The translations under genes and the position numbers were made by a program. The notes below the pieces were generated by a model. It made no database searches, was not told where the DNA came from, and saw nothing but the letters and a program-made list of their open reading frames with translations. Shown here in pieces: positions 39,166 to 48,894 of a stretch of DNA of 64,000 nucleotides. The stretch lies in IMG/VR virus record IMGVR_UViG_3300025934_000014, positions 1 through 64,000 of that record. One strand, written 5' to 3'. Each line of letters starts with the position of its first letter. Position 1 is the first letter of the stretch. The DNA comes from a virus. Lineage: Duplodnaviria; Caudoviricetes.

Positions 39166-40388
39166 CGCCCGAGTCCATCACCATCGACGGCCGCTCCGGC
39201 AGCGTCGTCTATCTCGATGCGAACTGGCACCCGGTGCCAGCGGCGCAGGCGACGATGGCGAAGGTTGTGTTCGATGACGGCGGCACTTCGTTCTTCACCG
39301 TAGCCGAGCCACCCGCGCCGGAGCCTGCGCCACCACCCGACCCGCATCACCTGACCTATCGCGAGAAGCTGGCGTACCTGCTGGGCGGCGCAGGCAGCGG
39401 CAACTTCGGGCACGCGGGGCGACCCGGCGAGGTCGGCGGATCGGCTGAGGGCGACAGCGACCCCATCGAGGCGAAGCACCGCGCGTTCGTCGCACTGGTC
39501 AAGAAGGGCGAGGACACCCAAGCCAGTCTGAACGTCATGCGTGACGGCATGAAGGACGCGTGGGAGGTCTGGCGCAAAGACATTACCGACCGCAAGAAGC
39601 CGCTGAAGCCCGATGGCGCTGCTGCGAAGAAGCTCGACTCGTACAAAAAGGTCAAGGAACTGGAGGCGACCTTCCACGCGGCGTACGACAAGGCGATCAC
39701 GGAGAGCAGCGAGATCAACCGACAAGCACGCGAGATGCTGAAGGTGCCCGTTGGGGACCGGTCGGCGCTGACGTTCGCGACTGCGCCGGAGGTGCAGGGG
39801 GTGCTGGCGGTTGGAGCGAACCGGGCGCTCGCCGTGTTTCGCCAGTTCGACGGGTCGGGCGCATTCACGGCGCACAAGTATCCCATCGAGATGCTGGAGA
39901 AGTTCCGTGTGGTCGTGGGCGAGACGACGCCGATCACGGAGAACGGCGACGGCACGTTTTCCATTCCCTCGACCTTGCGTGTGGGCAAGGCGGCAGGGGG
40001 GCGTGCGTCCGCGACGGTCGGCGGCATCATGATCGCGGGTGGTCGCGATCTGGATGCGTCGATCTGGCACGAGGTCGCGCACCACGTCGAGATGAACAAG
40101 CCGTCGGTGTTGAAAGCGGCCATCGAGTTGCGGGACAAGCTGGCGAAGCAGCCTCGTGAGGTCTATTCGCTGAAGACCGTCAGTCCCTCACTTGATGAGC
40201 ACGAGGTCGCGCTGCGTGGCAACTTCCCGGACCCATACTCGGCCAAGCTCTACCCGAACGACATTGCGACGGAGATCATCTCGACCGGCGTGGAGGCGTA
40301 CATCAAAGACCCTGTCGGGTTCGCGCGAGATCGCCCGGAGCATTTCAAACTCATCTTCGACGTGATGCACGGGAAGTACCACTCATGA
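39162..40388 (+). CDS. Tagged zincin metallopeptidase-like protein
   Basis: YREKLAYLL-GGAGSGNFGHAGRPGEVGGS tag; WHEVAHHVE...YSAKLY...TEIISTGVE. Confidence 0.75.
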   Translation: MTPESITIDGRSGSVVYLDANWHPVPAAQATMAKVVFDDGGTSFFTVAEPPAPEPAPPPDPHHLTYREKLAYLLGGAGSGNFGHAGRPGEVGGSAEGDSDPIEAKHRAFVALVKKGEDTQASLNVMRDGMKDAWEVWRKDITDRKKPLKPDGAAAKKLDSYKKVKELEATFHAAYDKAITESSEINRQAREMLKVPVGDRSALTFATAPEVQGVLAVGANRALAVFRQFDGSGAFTAHKYPIEMLEKFRVVVGETTPITENGDGTFSIPSTLRVGKAAGGRASATVGGIMIAGGRDLDASIWHEVAHHVEMNKPSVLKAAIELRDKLAKQPREVYSLKTVSPSLDEHEVALRGNFPDPYSAKLYPNDIATEIISTGVEAYIKDPVGFARDRPEHFKLIFDVMHGKYHS

Positions 40389-40615
40389 TCACCATCAAGC
40401 TCCCCTCCGGCGAACTCGCGAAGGTCGAGGACGGTATCTGGTCGGTGCCGGAGAACAACACGCTCGCGGAGTTACTAAACCGACCGTCGATGCAGCCGCC
40501 GGACAACGGGTACTACGCACCCAGTGAGGACGCACGCGCGGCCGAGCATGTCCTGAAGGTCTGGGGCGGCACGTGGGTGTCGCCCACGCCGCGCTGGCCG
40601 AAGAAGGTGTACTGA
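40385..40615 (+). CDS. Small hypothetical protein
   Basis: Coupled on both sides (ATGA and TGATG). Confidence 0.65.
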   Translation: MITIKLPSGELAKVEDGIWSVPENNTLAELLNRPSMQPPDNGYYAPSEDARAAEHVLKVWGGTWVSPTPRWPKKVY

Positions 40616-42672
40616 TGCCTGCCCCGCCGCACGCGGATCGCTTCACGTGGCACGAGTTCACGATTGTCAAGCCGAAGCCGAAGACGCTGTCGTATCGCGA
40701 GAAGCTCGCGCTCCTGCTGGGCGATGTCGAAGGCCACCCGTTCCGGGGGAACCAGTGGACCGACGGCGAAGGCGGCGGCAGTGACCGCACGGAGTCGCCC
40801 CGATTCAAGGCGTGGTTCAAAGAGTCGAAGGTAGTCGATGACTCCGGCGAGCCGCTGGTCGTCTATCACGGCACGACACACGACATCGAGGCGTTCAAGA
40901 AGGCCGGGGACGAGGGACTGAATCCCGAGTCGGACTGGGGCGCTGGCGTGTACTTCACCAGTGAACCCGAGGACGCGGGGGAGAACTATGCAGGCGAAGG
41001 GCCGGACCTGACGGCTCGCATCGAGAACGAAGTGGATCGCCTGCAAGGAGAGAACGAGGATCTGTCCCGCGAGGAGGCGCTGGCGCAGGCACGCAAAGCA
41101 CTGGCTGGCAAGTCCGTCGCGATCTACCCGGCGTACGTGTCGATGCAGAAGCCGTTCATCGTGGGCCAGACCAACGGCACCTCACCGCAGGCGGAGACGT
41201 GGCTGACCTCCGAGCCGGTCTATGACGACCCCGAGGATCCTGACAGCGACATCATTGACGAGCAGGGCACGTTGCCAGACTTCATGAAGGCGCTGCGGGA
41301 CGAGGCCAGTCGCCACGATGGCGGCGACAAGGCCGTCGATGAATTCCAGACACGCGTCATGGACAGCCACGGCAGCGAGATCAAGGCGTCCGATCTCGTC
41401 AAGGCATGGAACGACACCGAGGAAACCAGCTACATCACGGACGACGAGGGCAGGCTGACGGGCAAGGAAGTGTTCCGGGCGGCGCTGGAACGGGCCGGGT
41501 TCGATGGCGTCATCGACCGCGAGGTGGATACGAAGTTCGGGTCGCAGCGGCGTCTCGGCCAGTCGATGAAGGGGATGAACCCGGACACGACGCACTTCGT
41601 GGTCTTCACGCCGACGCAGATCAAGAGCGCCACGGGTAACACGACGTTCGACCCCGCGAACCCGAAGATCACCATGTCGGCGCACGGCCGACGCTTCGTG
41701 TTACTGGGCGGGGCCGGGAGCGGAAACTTCGGACACGCCGGTCGGCCGGGCGAGGTAGGTGGCTCTGGCGAGGGTGAGGAATTCCCCACTCGTGCCTCTG
41801 GAAAGAACGCAGCGCAAGTCCGGGATGCGATGCTGAATCACGCACGCGAGAGTGCTGGGCTGAAGCGGTCGGCCGCTGCATGGCTCGACCCCGAGACGAC
41901 GAGTTCACTGCCGGTGCGTGGCGCGGTGAAGAACGCCATCGTGACGAAGATCACAGCCGCGCTTGCAGACCATCCCGCGTTCGCGAGCATGGAACCTCGG
42001 CCTCCGATGAATCTGGACCCTGTCTCGGAGTGGGTGAAATCCAAAGTCAATTTGTGGGCGGACACATCAGGGGATAGCGATGTCGATGCCGCGAAGATGC
42101 AGTTGGCTGTGGCGCGAGAATTAGGGCTGACCAACGCAGAGACGGACCATCTCCAGCGGAACATCAAAGCCGCGCACGGCGGACCCGTCACATTGAAAGG
42201 GAAAGAAGAAGAACAGCTTCGCGCTTTCGTGCGAGCCGAATACGACGCCACGCAGGCATGGTTCAAGGAGCAGGGCATCACGCACGTCTCGGTGTTCCGT
42301 GGAGTAAGTGACGACGACGACGAACTGGGGTACGGGTTCGAGACAGTGACGATGCAACCGGCGTCCTCGTGGTCAACGGACCTCCAGACCGCGTGGGAGT
42401 TCTCGCAGAACGGATCGAAGCCGAAGGTGCTCACAGCACGGGTGCCGGTCGCGAAGGTCTTGAGCACGTGCGTGACGGGACGCGGCTGCTTGGCCGAGCA
42501 GGAGGTGATTCTGCTGGGCACGCCGACGAAGGTTCGCGTCTACGGAGCCGACGACGAATGGAGCAAGATCGAGAAGAAAGTCGCGAAGGATGTAGGACTA
42601 CCAGCCCCAGTGGACACGACTGGGATTGCACCGGGCATGAGTTGGGACGACGTAAAGAAGTCGTTTGAATGA
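40615..42672 (+). CDS. Polyvalent protein with two ADP-ribosyltransferase-like domains
   Basis: FKAWFKESKVVD.SGEPLVVYHGT...GVYFT...GFDGVI...VVFTPTQIKSATGN (polyvalent-protein ART); second domain VFRGV...SSWSTD...EQEVILLG (R-S-E type). Two tags. Confidence 0.8.
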   Translation: MPAPPHADRFTWHEFTIVKPKPKTLSYREKLALLLGDVEGHPFRGNQWTDGEGGGSDRTESPRFKAWFKESKVVDDSGEPLVVYHGTTHDIEAFKKAGDEGLNPESDWGAGVYFTSEPEDAGENYAGEGPDLTARIENEVDRLQGENEDLSREEALAQARKALAGKSVAIYPAYVSMQKPFIVGQTNGTSPQAETWLTSEPVYDDPEDPDSDIIDEQGTLPDFMKALRDEASRHDGGDKAVDEFQTRVMDSHGSEIKASDLVKAWNDTEETSYITDDEGRLTGKEVFRAALERAGFDGVIDREVDTKFGSQRRLGQSMKGMNPDTTHFVVFTPTQIKSATGNTTFDPANPKITMSAHGRRFVLLGGAGSGNFGHAGRPGEVGGSGEGEEFPTRASGKNAAQVRDAMLNHARESAGLKRSAAAWLDPETTSSLPVRGAVKNAIVTKITAALADHPAFASMEPRPPMNLDPVSEWVKSKVNLWADTSGDSDVDAAKMQLAVARELGLTNAETDHLQRNIKAAHGGPVTLKGKEEEQLRAFVRAEYDATQAWFKEQGITHVSVFRGVSDDDDELGYGFETVTMQPASSWSTDLQTAWEFSQNGSKPKVLTARVPVAKVLSTCVTGRGCLAEQEVILLGTPTKVRVYGADDEWSKIEKKVAKDVGLPAPVDTTGIAPGMSWDDVKKSFE

Positions 42673-45600
42673 TGAACATCGACGCCAAACTCTCGAACGC
42701 CGACTGGCCCAAGCGCACGCCCGACCGCTTCCCTGCCCGTCGTGTGCATCTGGGCGGAGCCGGGTCCGGTAACTTCGGGCACGCGGGTCGGCCGGGTGAG
42801 ATTGGCGGATCCGCCGAGGGCGATGGCGAGGGCAGCTACAGCAAGAAAAGCGTCAAGGGCAAGAACATCGTCCGGGTGGACGATGAAGCGAACGATGCCG
42901 TCGTGTCGAACGTGCTGGGGCTGCACTCCGAAGCGGCCGTGCGTGACTTGGCCGAGTCGATGGTGCAGTACGCCGATCAGGAGAAGTTCGCGGTCACGAT
43001 CATGACCGAGGGCGGCGGTCCCGACGAGGAGGAACTCCGCGAGAGCTATGACGAGTACGTCGAGCAGTCGCGCCGGGAAGCCCGGAACGACTGGGTGGCC
43101 GAGCGTCGAGATCGCGCGGCCGAGATCGACACGCTCTGGGAGTCGATGAAGGCCGAGGCCGAGGAGGCCCGGCGCACGGGTCCGTATGGTGATACGCGCG
43201 AGATCCCGACGCTGCCGCTAGGCGAAGGCGAAGCCTTCCAGCCGGGCGACACGGCCGAGAAGATCGAGTACGAGGATCTCGTGGAGGGGCTGGATCCGTC
43301 GGCCCCGTGGTCCGAGGACGAGAAGGCCATCCTGCGCGAGCGCCTGATGCAGACGGGTGGTCCCGTGCAGAAGTCCATCAACCAGATGCGCAGCGAGTGG
43401 GACGAGGGCGTCGGGCAGGACTTTGAACCCAACGACTCCTTTCACGAGTGGAGCGCGGAGCAAGACGACAGCAATTACAGCGGCGAAGAAGTAGTGCGCA
43501 TCAAGTTTGCCGGATCCGCTGGCACGCAGATTACCCGCGAGTTCAAGCGCGATGGGAACGGCGAACTGGTCGTGGATCACAGCTACTTCCAAGCGGGGAA
43601 CACGGGCGGTGGCCTCGCGAAGGATCTCCTACGTGCGAGCTTTGACGAGTACGAGCGCATGGGCGTGGACAAGGTCACGGTCCACGCGAACATCGACGTG
43701 GGTGGCTACGCGTGGGCGAAGTTCGGCTTCAAGGTCGATGACGACGAGCACGGCGGACCTGATGTCGATAGCCTGATCGCTCGTGCCGAGCGCCGGGGCA
43801 TGATCACGCACGAGGAGCGGCTTCAGTTAGAGGACATTGCCACCGAGACGGACGGCGAGGACACGCAACTCTGGGCGATTGCGGATGCGACGAGCGAGGG
43901 CAAGAAGATCGGGTCGGCCGTGTTGCTGGGCAGCGACTGGTACGGACAAATCCGCCTCAAGGACAAGGAGGCGATGAACCGGTTGCACAAGTATCTCTCG
44001 GCATCGAAACCCGAGAAGGCGCTCCCTAAGAAACCCGCGCCAGCGCCAGTGCCAGTGACTGGAAAGCCTGAAGACAAACTCGCGGCGAAAGCAGGGGCGC
44101 TCACGGCGGAGCGTCGTCGGCTGATTGATACTGCGCGTGGCACGGCGGCTGAGGACGCGCGGTTGCGCGAGATCGATACCGAACTTCGGCGGCTGCAACG
44201 CGAGGCCCAGCGCGTCGTGCGTCCGTCGAACCAGAAAGCGAAGGAGACGGTCGCACAACGCGAACGACGCAAGCGTGAACGCGCCGACGTGCTGGCCGAG
44301 CAGAAAGAGCGGAACGCGAATCGGAAGCGACTGGGATTATCACCCATCAACTTTGCCGATGACCCGCCGACGCCCCCAACCGATCCGCCGACGCCTGATG
44401 CGCCGAGGCCGGGCAGTCGCGAGATGTTTTACGAGGAAGCCGACGGCACGCGTGCCGACCGCGACCTGTGGCGCGATCTGCTGGGCGAGGACTTCCCTGA
44501 CGACCTTCCACCGAAGCCGACCTCGCTGTACCGCGACAAGCTCCGGTCGATGCAACTGGAGTGGGACGAGGGCGAGCATCCGCGTGACGCACGCGGCCAG
44601 TTCGAGGACTCACACTCGCCGGGTGAGGCGCTGCATTCCCTGCTGGACGGCCACAAGACCAACATCGATCCACATCACGTCCGGGCGCTGCTGAAGAAGG
44701 CGCTCAAGCAGGGACTGGACGCGGATCTCACCGATCTGCACGTCAACGGGCATCTCATCTTCGGCGGCAACGGACTGGGCATCGCGCGAGCGGACATGCC
44801 GCAGATTCCGCCCGAGCATCGCGAGCCGTTCCTCCAGTCACTGCGGGACGCTGGCGTCACGGTGACGCGGGAGATGGTGAACCCGCTGACGCTCGCGCCC
44901 TCACAGAAAGAAATCTCCGCACGCCGCGCCGCCGAGAAGCTGGACAAACTCGAAACCAAGGGCAAGCCGTTCAAGCCGGTCTTGGTGTCACAGGGGAACC
45001 GCGTGCTCGACGGGCATCACCACTGGGCCGCAGCCGCCGCGCTGGCGCTGGAGCACCCAGAGATGAAGGTGCCGATCTATCGCATCAAGCTGCCGACGCG
45101 CCGGGCGCTGGCGAAGATGCACACGTACGACAAGACGCACGGCATTGAGCGCGTGGCGTTGTCGGCCATCGAGAGCGACGAGGTGACGGCGCATGAACAA
45201 GTGCTCCTGCTCGACTGGGACGAGAGCCTGCACCCACGCGCCGACGACGGCGAGTTCACCGATGGCTCCGGCGGCGGGAGCAATGCGTCTCCGTACGCGG
45301 TGTCGGAGGATGCACCTAGAGGCGGCGAAGGCCAGCAGGCGCTGTTCGAGTACCAGCCCGAGGCCGGGAGCGAAACCGCGCTGAAGATCGAAGCATCGAA
45401 GGGAATCGCGGCCATTGAGAAGCTCCTGCCAGACGCGATTGACGATGCGGACTATAAGGTCGCGGTCAAGTCGTGGGACGAACTGGACTCCGACGATCAG
45501 AACTCGGCCGAGGAGTCCTACATTGACGACATCATCAATGACAGCGGCCCGTCAGAGGCCGGGCAGGAAGCCTCCGACGCATACGTGAGCGAGCACCTCA

Positions 45601-46967
45601 ACGAGTCTGATATTCACGAGAAGATGATCGAGGACGGGTTCGCGGAAGACTTCGTGGGGCTGGACGAGCGGCGCGACCTTGATCCGAACGCGTACGGCGA
45701 TGCGTACGGCGATGCGAAGGAGGCGCTGACCAATAAGTTGCGGGACAGCGATGGCGCGATGGAAGCCTACTCGGACGCGTCTCGCGAGTACGCGCAGAAC
45801 GACTGGAATGAATTGAGTTCCAGTGAGCAGTTCGATTACGCCAAGGACCACGGCTTCGCGACCGGAGCCAACCTGCGGCCGGGCGCACCGGACACGTGGG
45901 TGTGGGACAGCGACCGCGAGGAGGACGAACCCGAGAGCGAGGACTACCTCCGCACACGGGTCATCGCGAATGAACTGGTGACGGAGCGCACCACTGCGCT
46001 CATGAAAGAGCGCGGCCTCCCCACGGAGCCGGGTACCCCGACACCGGAATTCATCAGTCAGCAGTTGTGGGACGCATGGAAAAGCGACTCCCAGTCCTCA
46101 CTGGGGTACGCGATGCAGATCGCCGTGTCAGAGGAACTGGGCACGCATTCGACGCCCTCGATCACGTCGGCCGAGCGCGAGGCCGCAGAGAAGGCGATGA
46201 TCGACACGTTCACGACGAAAGCGGAACGGCAGGCGATGAGTCCCGAGGCGCTGGGGATCATCAAGGAGATCGACAAGCTCCCCGCCGACCAGCGCACGGA
46301 CGCCCTCAATCGGGCCATTGAGGCGCAGCAGGCTGGCAAGGGAGCCATCCTCAAACTGGCGAAGGATCGCGTGAAAGCCTACGTACGCGGCCAGTGGGAG
46401 ACGACCCAGTTCCTGCTGCATCAGGCCGACACGTTGCGTGTGCCGGTGTATCGCGCCATCGTGCGCCCCCGCGACGAACTCGATCAGACGCGTCACGTGG
46501 ATCTGGAAGCCGGAACGAAGCTCCCGGATTATCAACTCCGGCAGAATGCGGCAGCGTCGGCCACGACGAAGCGTCAGGTCGCCAACGAGTGGAACGGCGT
46601 CAGTGTGCGCCTCGATCCGAACAAGTCGCAGCGGGTGGTCCTGCGCTTCGACGCGCCGCGCACGGCGGTCTTCTCGCTGCCGGTGTACGGGCAGAATGTC
46701 TACAACGAGTCCGAGGTCGTGCTGATGGGCACGAAGGGCTTGAAGTGGGACGCGTGGCTCAAGGAAGGTCCGGAGTTCAAGGAGCAGCGGATCGACATGG
46801 CTCGCTTCAAGGTGGAGATCGAGATGGACGAAACGCCGAAGCCGCCGCCGCCCCCGGCGAAGAAGGGTCCAGTGATTGACCTCCTGAAGGATCAGGAGAA
46901 GCACTGGCTGCACCCGGACCACTACAAGTTCAAGACGCGGAAGCCGAAGAAGCCCGAGGCGAAGTGA
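42669..46967 (+). CDS. 1432-aa polyvalent protein with GNAT-like, ParB-like and ART-like domains
   Basis: GGGLAKDLL...VHANIDVGGYAWAKFGF; GIARADMPQI...VLDGHHHWAA; VYRAI...SATT...ESEVVLMG. Three tags. Confidence 0.75.
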   Translation: MMNIDAKLSNADWPKRTPDRFPARRVHLGGAGSGNFGHAGRPGEIGGSAEGDGEGSYSKKSVKGKNIVRVDDEANDAVVSNVLGLHSEAAVRDLAESMVQYADQEKFAVTIMTEGGGPDEEELRESYDEYVEQSRREARNDWVAERRDRAAEIDTLWESMKAEAEEARRTGPYGDTREIPTLPLGEGEAFQPGDTAEKIEYEDLVEGLDPSAPWSEDEKAILRERLMQTGGPVQKSINQMRSEWDEGVGQDFEPNDSFHEWSAEQDDSNYSGEEVVRIKFAGSAGTQITREFKRDGNGELVVDHSYFQAGNTGGGLAKDLLRASFDEYERMGVDKVTVHANIDVGGYAWAKFGFKVDDDEHGGPDVDSLIARAERRGMITHEERLQLEDIATETDGEDTQLWAIADATSEGKKIGSAVLLGSDWYGQIRLKDKEAMNRLHKYLSASKPEKALPKKPAPAPVPVTGKPEDKLAAKAGALTAERRRLIDTARGTAAEDARLREIDTELRRLQREAQRVVRPSNQKAKETVAQRERRKRERADVLAEQKERNANRKRLGLSPINFADDPPTPPTDPPTPDAPRPGSREMFYEEADGTRADRDLWRDLLGEDFPDDLPPKPTSLYRDKLRSMQLEWDEGEHPRDARGQFEDSHSPGEALHSLLDGHKTNIDPHHVRALLKKALKQGLDADLTDLHVNGHLIFGGNGLGIARADMPQIPPEHREPFLQSLRDAGVTVTREMVNPLTLAPSQKEISARRAAEKLDKLETKGKPFKPVLVSQGNRVLDGHHHWAAAAALALEHPEMKVPIYRIKLPTRRALAKMHTYDKTHGIERVALSAIESDEVTAHEQVLLLDWDESLHPRADDGEFTDGSGGGSNASPYAVSEDAPRGGEGQQALFEYQPEAGSETALKIEASKGIAAIEKLLPDAIDDADYKVAVKSWDELDSDDQNSAEESYIDDIINDSGPSEAGQEASDAYVSEHLNESDIHEKMIEDGFAEDFVGLDERRDLDPNAYGDAYGDAKEALTNKLRDSDGAMEAYSDASREYAQNDWNELSSSEQFDYAKDHGFATGANLRPGAPDTWVWDSDREEDEPESEDYLRTRVIANELVTERTTALMKERGLPTEPGTPTPEFISQQLWDAWKSDSQSSLGYAMQIAVSEELGTHSTPSITSAEREAAEKAMIDTFTTKAERQAMSPEALGIIKEIDKLPADQRTDALNRAIEAQQAGKGAILKLAKDRVKAYVRGQWETTQFLLHQADTLRVPVYRAIVRPRDELDQTRHVDLEAGTKLPDYQLRQNAAASATTKRQVANEWNGVSVRLDPNKSQRVVLRFDAPRTAVFSLPVYGQNVYNESEVVLMGTKGLKWDAWLKEGPEFKEQRIDMARFKVEIEMDETPKPPPPPAKKGPVIDLLKDQEKHWLHPDHYKFKTRKPKKPEAK

Positions 46968-48241
46968 TGCCCAGTCTCCAGCGCGACCAGATCGACGGCC
47001 GGTGGGCCACCATCGCGTACCTCCACGACGACGCACTGGTGGACCCCGACCGCGCGACGACGGCGATTGCGAAGTTCGACAACGGCGAGGTCATCCTGCT
47101 CGCGGTCACGCAGGAGCGGTCGCTGGCGCTCCCCGTGGGCGAGGTGATTACCATGCCGTTCGCGGACTACGAAGACTTCGCGGACTGCGTCGAGAAGAAT
47201 CAGGACAAGGACGACCCGAAGGCGTTCTGCGGCTGGCTGAAGCATCGCATCGAAGGGTCGGACCCGCCGCCGGTGGACCTGAGTTACCGGGACAAGCTCG
47301 CCCTGACACTGGCGGTCGCGAACTATGATAGTATAGATGCACGTCACCTTGAGTGGGACGAGGGGCAACACCCGCGTGCGGATGACGGGAAGTTCAGCGA
47401 AGGAGACGGCAGCAATGGCGGACACGCCGACGGACAACCGCAAGGATCGGGAACTGACGGAGGAGGAGGAAGATCGGTATCCGCCCCCGCCGCCAAAACG
47501 CACGCCCGTCCCGGAGCCGACCCCGCCGCCACGCGCGTAGCGGACAGCTACAACGAGCAGCACGGACTCCCGCCGGTCGATCACAGCACCTACGCAGAGG
47601 TTGACCAGCCGCGTGCGCGGAGCATTGCCGACGCGTACGACGCGCTGCCGGTCAACGACCAAGACAACCCCAAGGTCAAGGAAGCCTACGCCGCGCTGAG
47701 CACGGAGATTCAACAGCAGTGGGACCACATCGTCGCCAGCGGCATGACGTTGGAGCCGTGGACACAAGAGGGTCAGCCCTATCAGACCTCGACCGAGATG
47801 GTCGCGGACGTGAAGAACAACAAGCACATGTACTTCTACACGGGTGGCGAGCCGCACCCGTTGATCGGGGCGAAGTCGAAGGACAAGTCCGGGCTGTCCC
47901 TGAACGAGAAGTTCCGCGCCGTCCATGACTACTTCGGTCACGCCGCAGGCGGGTACGGCTTCGGGCCGCGTGGCGAGGAGAACGCGTGGCGCTCGCACTC
48001 GCAGATGCTGACGATGCCAGCGCGGCGTGCGTTGACGACGGAGACGCGCGGCCAGAATTCGTGGGTCAACTTCGGACGCCAGAACTACGAGGCCGACGGC
48101 ACGCACAAGAACCTGCCGCCCGGCGAGCGCCCGTTCGCCGCGCAGAAGGTGGCGCTCCTGCCGGACGAGTATGTGCTGATGCCCGGTGAGCAGCCGAAGT
48201 CGCTGTCGGCGTATCGCCAGCGGCTGCTGGGGGTCATGTGA
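46964..48241 (+). CDS. Tagged protein with a conserved polyvalent-protein domain
   Basis: N-terminus paralogous to that of 39162; LEWDEGQHPRADDGKF tag; FRAVHDYFGH...FGPRGEENAW...TETRGQNSWVNFG. Confidence 0.7.
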   Translation: MMPSLQRDQIDGRWATIAYLHDDALVDPDRATTAIAKFDNGEVILLAVTQERSLALPVGEVITMPFADYEDFADCVEKNQDKDDPKAFCGWLKHRIEGSDPPPVDLSYRDKLALTLAVANYDSIDARHLEWDEGQHPRADDGKFSEGDGSNGGHADGQPQGSGTDGGGGRSVSAPAAKTHARPGADPAATRVADSYNEQHGLPPVDHSTYAEVDQPRARSIADAYDALPVNDQDNPKVKEAYAALSTEIQQQWDHIVASGMTLEPWTQEGQPYQTSTEMVADVKNNKHMYFYTGGEPHPLIGAKSKDKSGLSLNEKFRAVHDYFGHAAGGYGFGPRGEENAWRSHSQMLTMPARRALTTETRGQNSWVNFGRQNYEADGTHKNLPPGERPFAAQKVALLPDEYVLMPGEQPKSLSAYRQRLLGVM

Positions 48242-48894
48242 TCGCCTACCGCGAGAAGCTCGCCGTGCTCGCGCTGGGAGATGTCGAAGGGCATCCCTTT
48301 CGCGGCAACCAGTGGACGGATGGCGAGGGCGGCGGCACCGATGGCGAGCACTGGGCGTGGGGCGACACGGGGACCAAGAGCGCCATCCGCATATACACGC
48401 AGGGCAACGCCCGGTACATGAACGAACTGCTGCGCGTGACGGCGAAACGGGCGCGAGGAGAGACGGTCACGGGGCGGTTCAGTACTGGCCCGTACGCGAA
48501 AGCAGTTCCCGACGCCGATGCGGTACGGCTACTCGATGCGCACATGCGAAAGAATCCATTTCCCGAGGACACGACGCTCACGCGCACGGTGTCCAACTTC
48601 GTCGTGAAGGGATTGGATGTTGGGGATGTGTACCAAGACGACGGCTACGCGTCCACCACGTCAGACGCAGGCATGCTCGATCAGATCCGCGCCGACATCG
48701 GCGTGAGCATGCCGTCCTACCAGACGAAGCTGACCGTGCTGGCCCCCAAGGGGCTGGGGCGCATCGACGTGAACAAGGAGATCGGCACGGACCACGAATA
48801 CTCCCATCAGCACGAAGTCATCCTGCCGCGTGGCCTCCGGTACAAGGTCGTCAGCAAGGGTCCGAACGAAATGACCGTACAGGTGCTCCAGTGA
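48238..48894 (+). CDS. Tagged VIP2/C3-like ADP-ribosyltransferase
   Basis: YREKLAVLAL-GDVEGHPFRGNQWT tag; IYT...MNELLR...LTR...GYASTT...QHEVILPRG.RYKV. Confidence 0.8.
   Translation: MIAYREKLAVLALGDVEGHPFRGNQWTDGEGGGTDGEHWAWGDTGTKSAIRIYTQGNARYMNELLRVTAKRARGETVTGRFSTGPYAKAVPDADAVRLLDAHMRKNPFPEDTTLTRTVSNFVVKGLDVGDVYQDDGYASTTSDAGMLDQIRADIGVSMPSYQTKLTVLAPKGLGRIDVNKEIGTDHEYSHQHEVILPRGLRYKVVSKGPNEMTVQVLQ

Noticed and set aside
48186-48890. N-terminal 235 aa of the 1038-aa ORF in the track
   Set aside because: This is a shadow of the real ART gene 48238-48894. The MuF-fusion gene more plausibly starts at GTG 48891.
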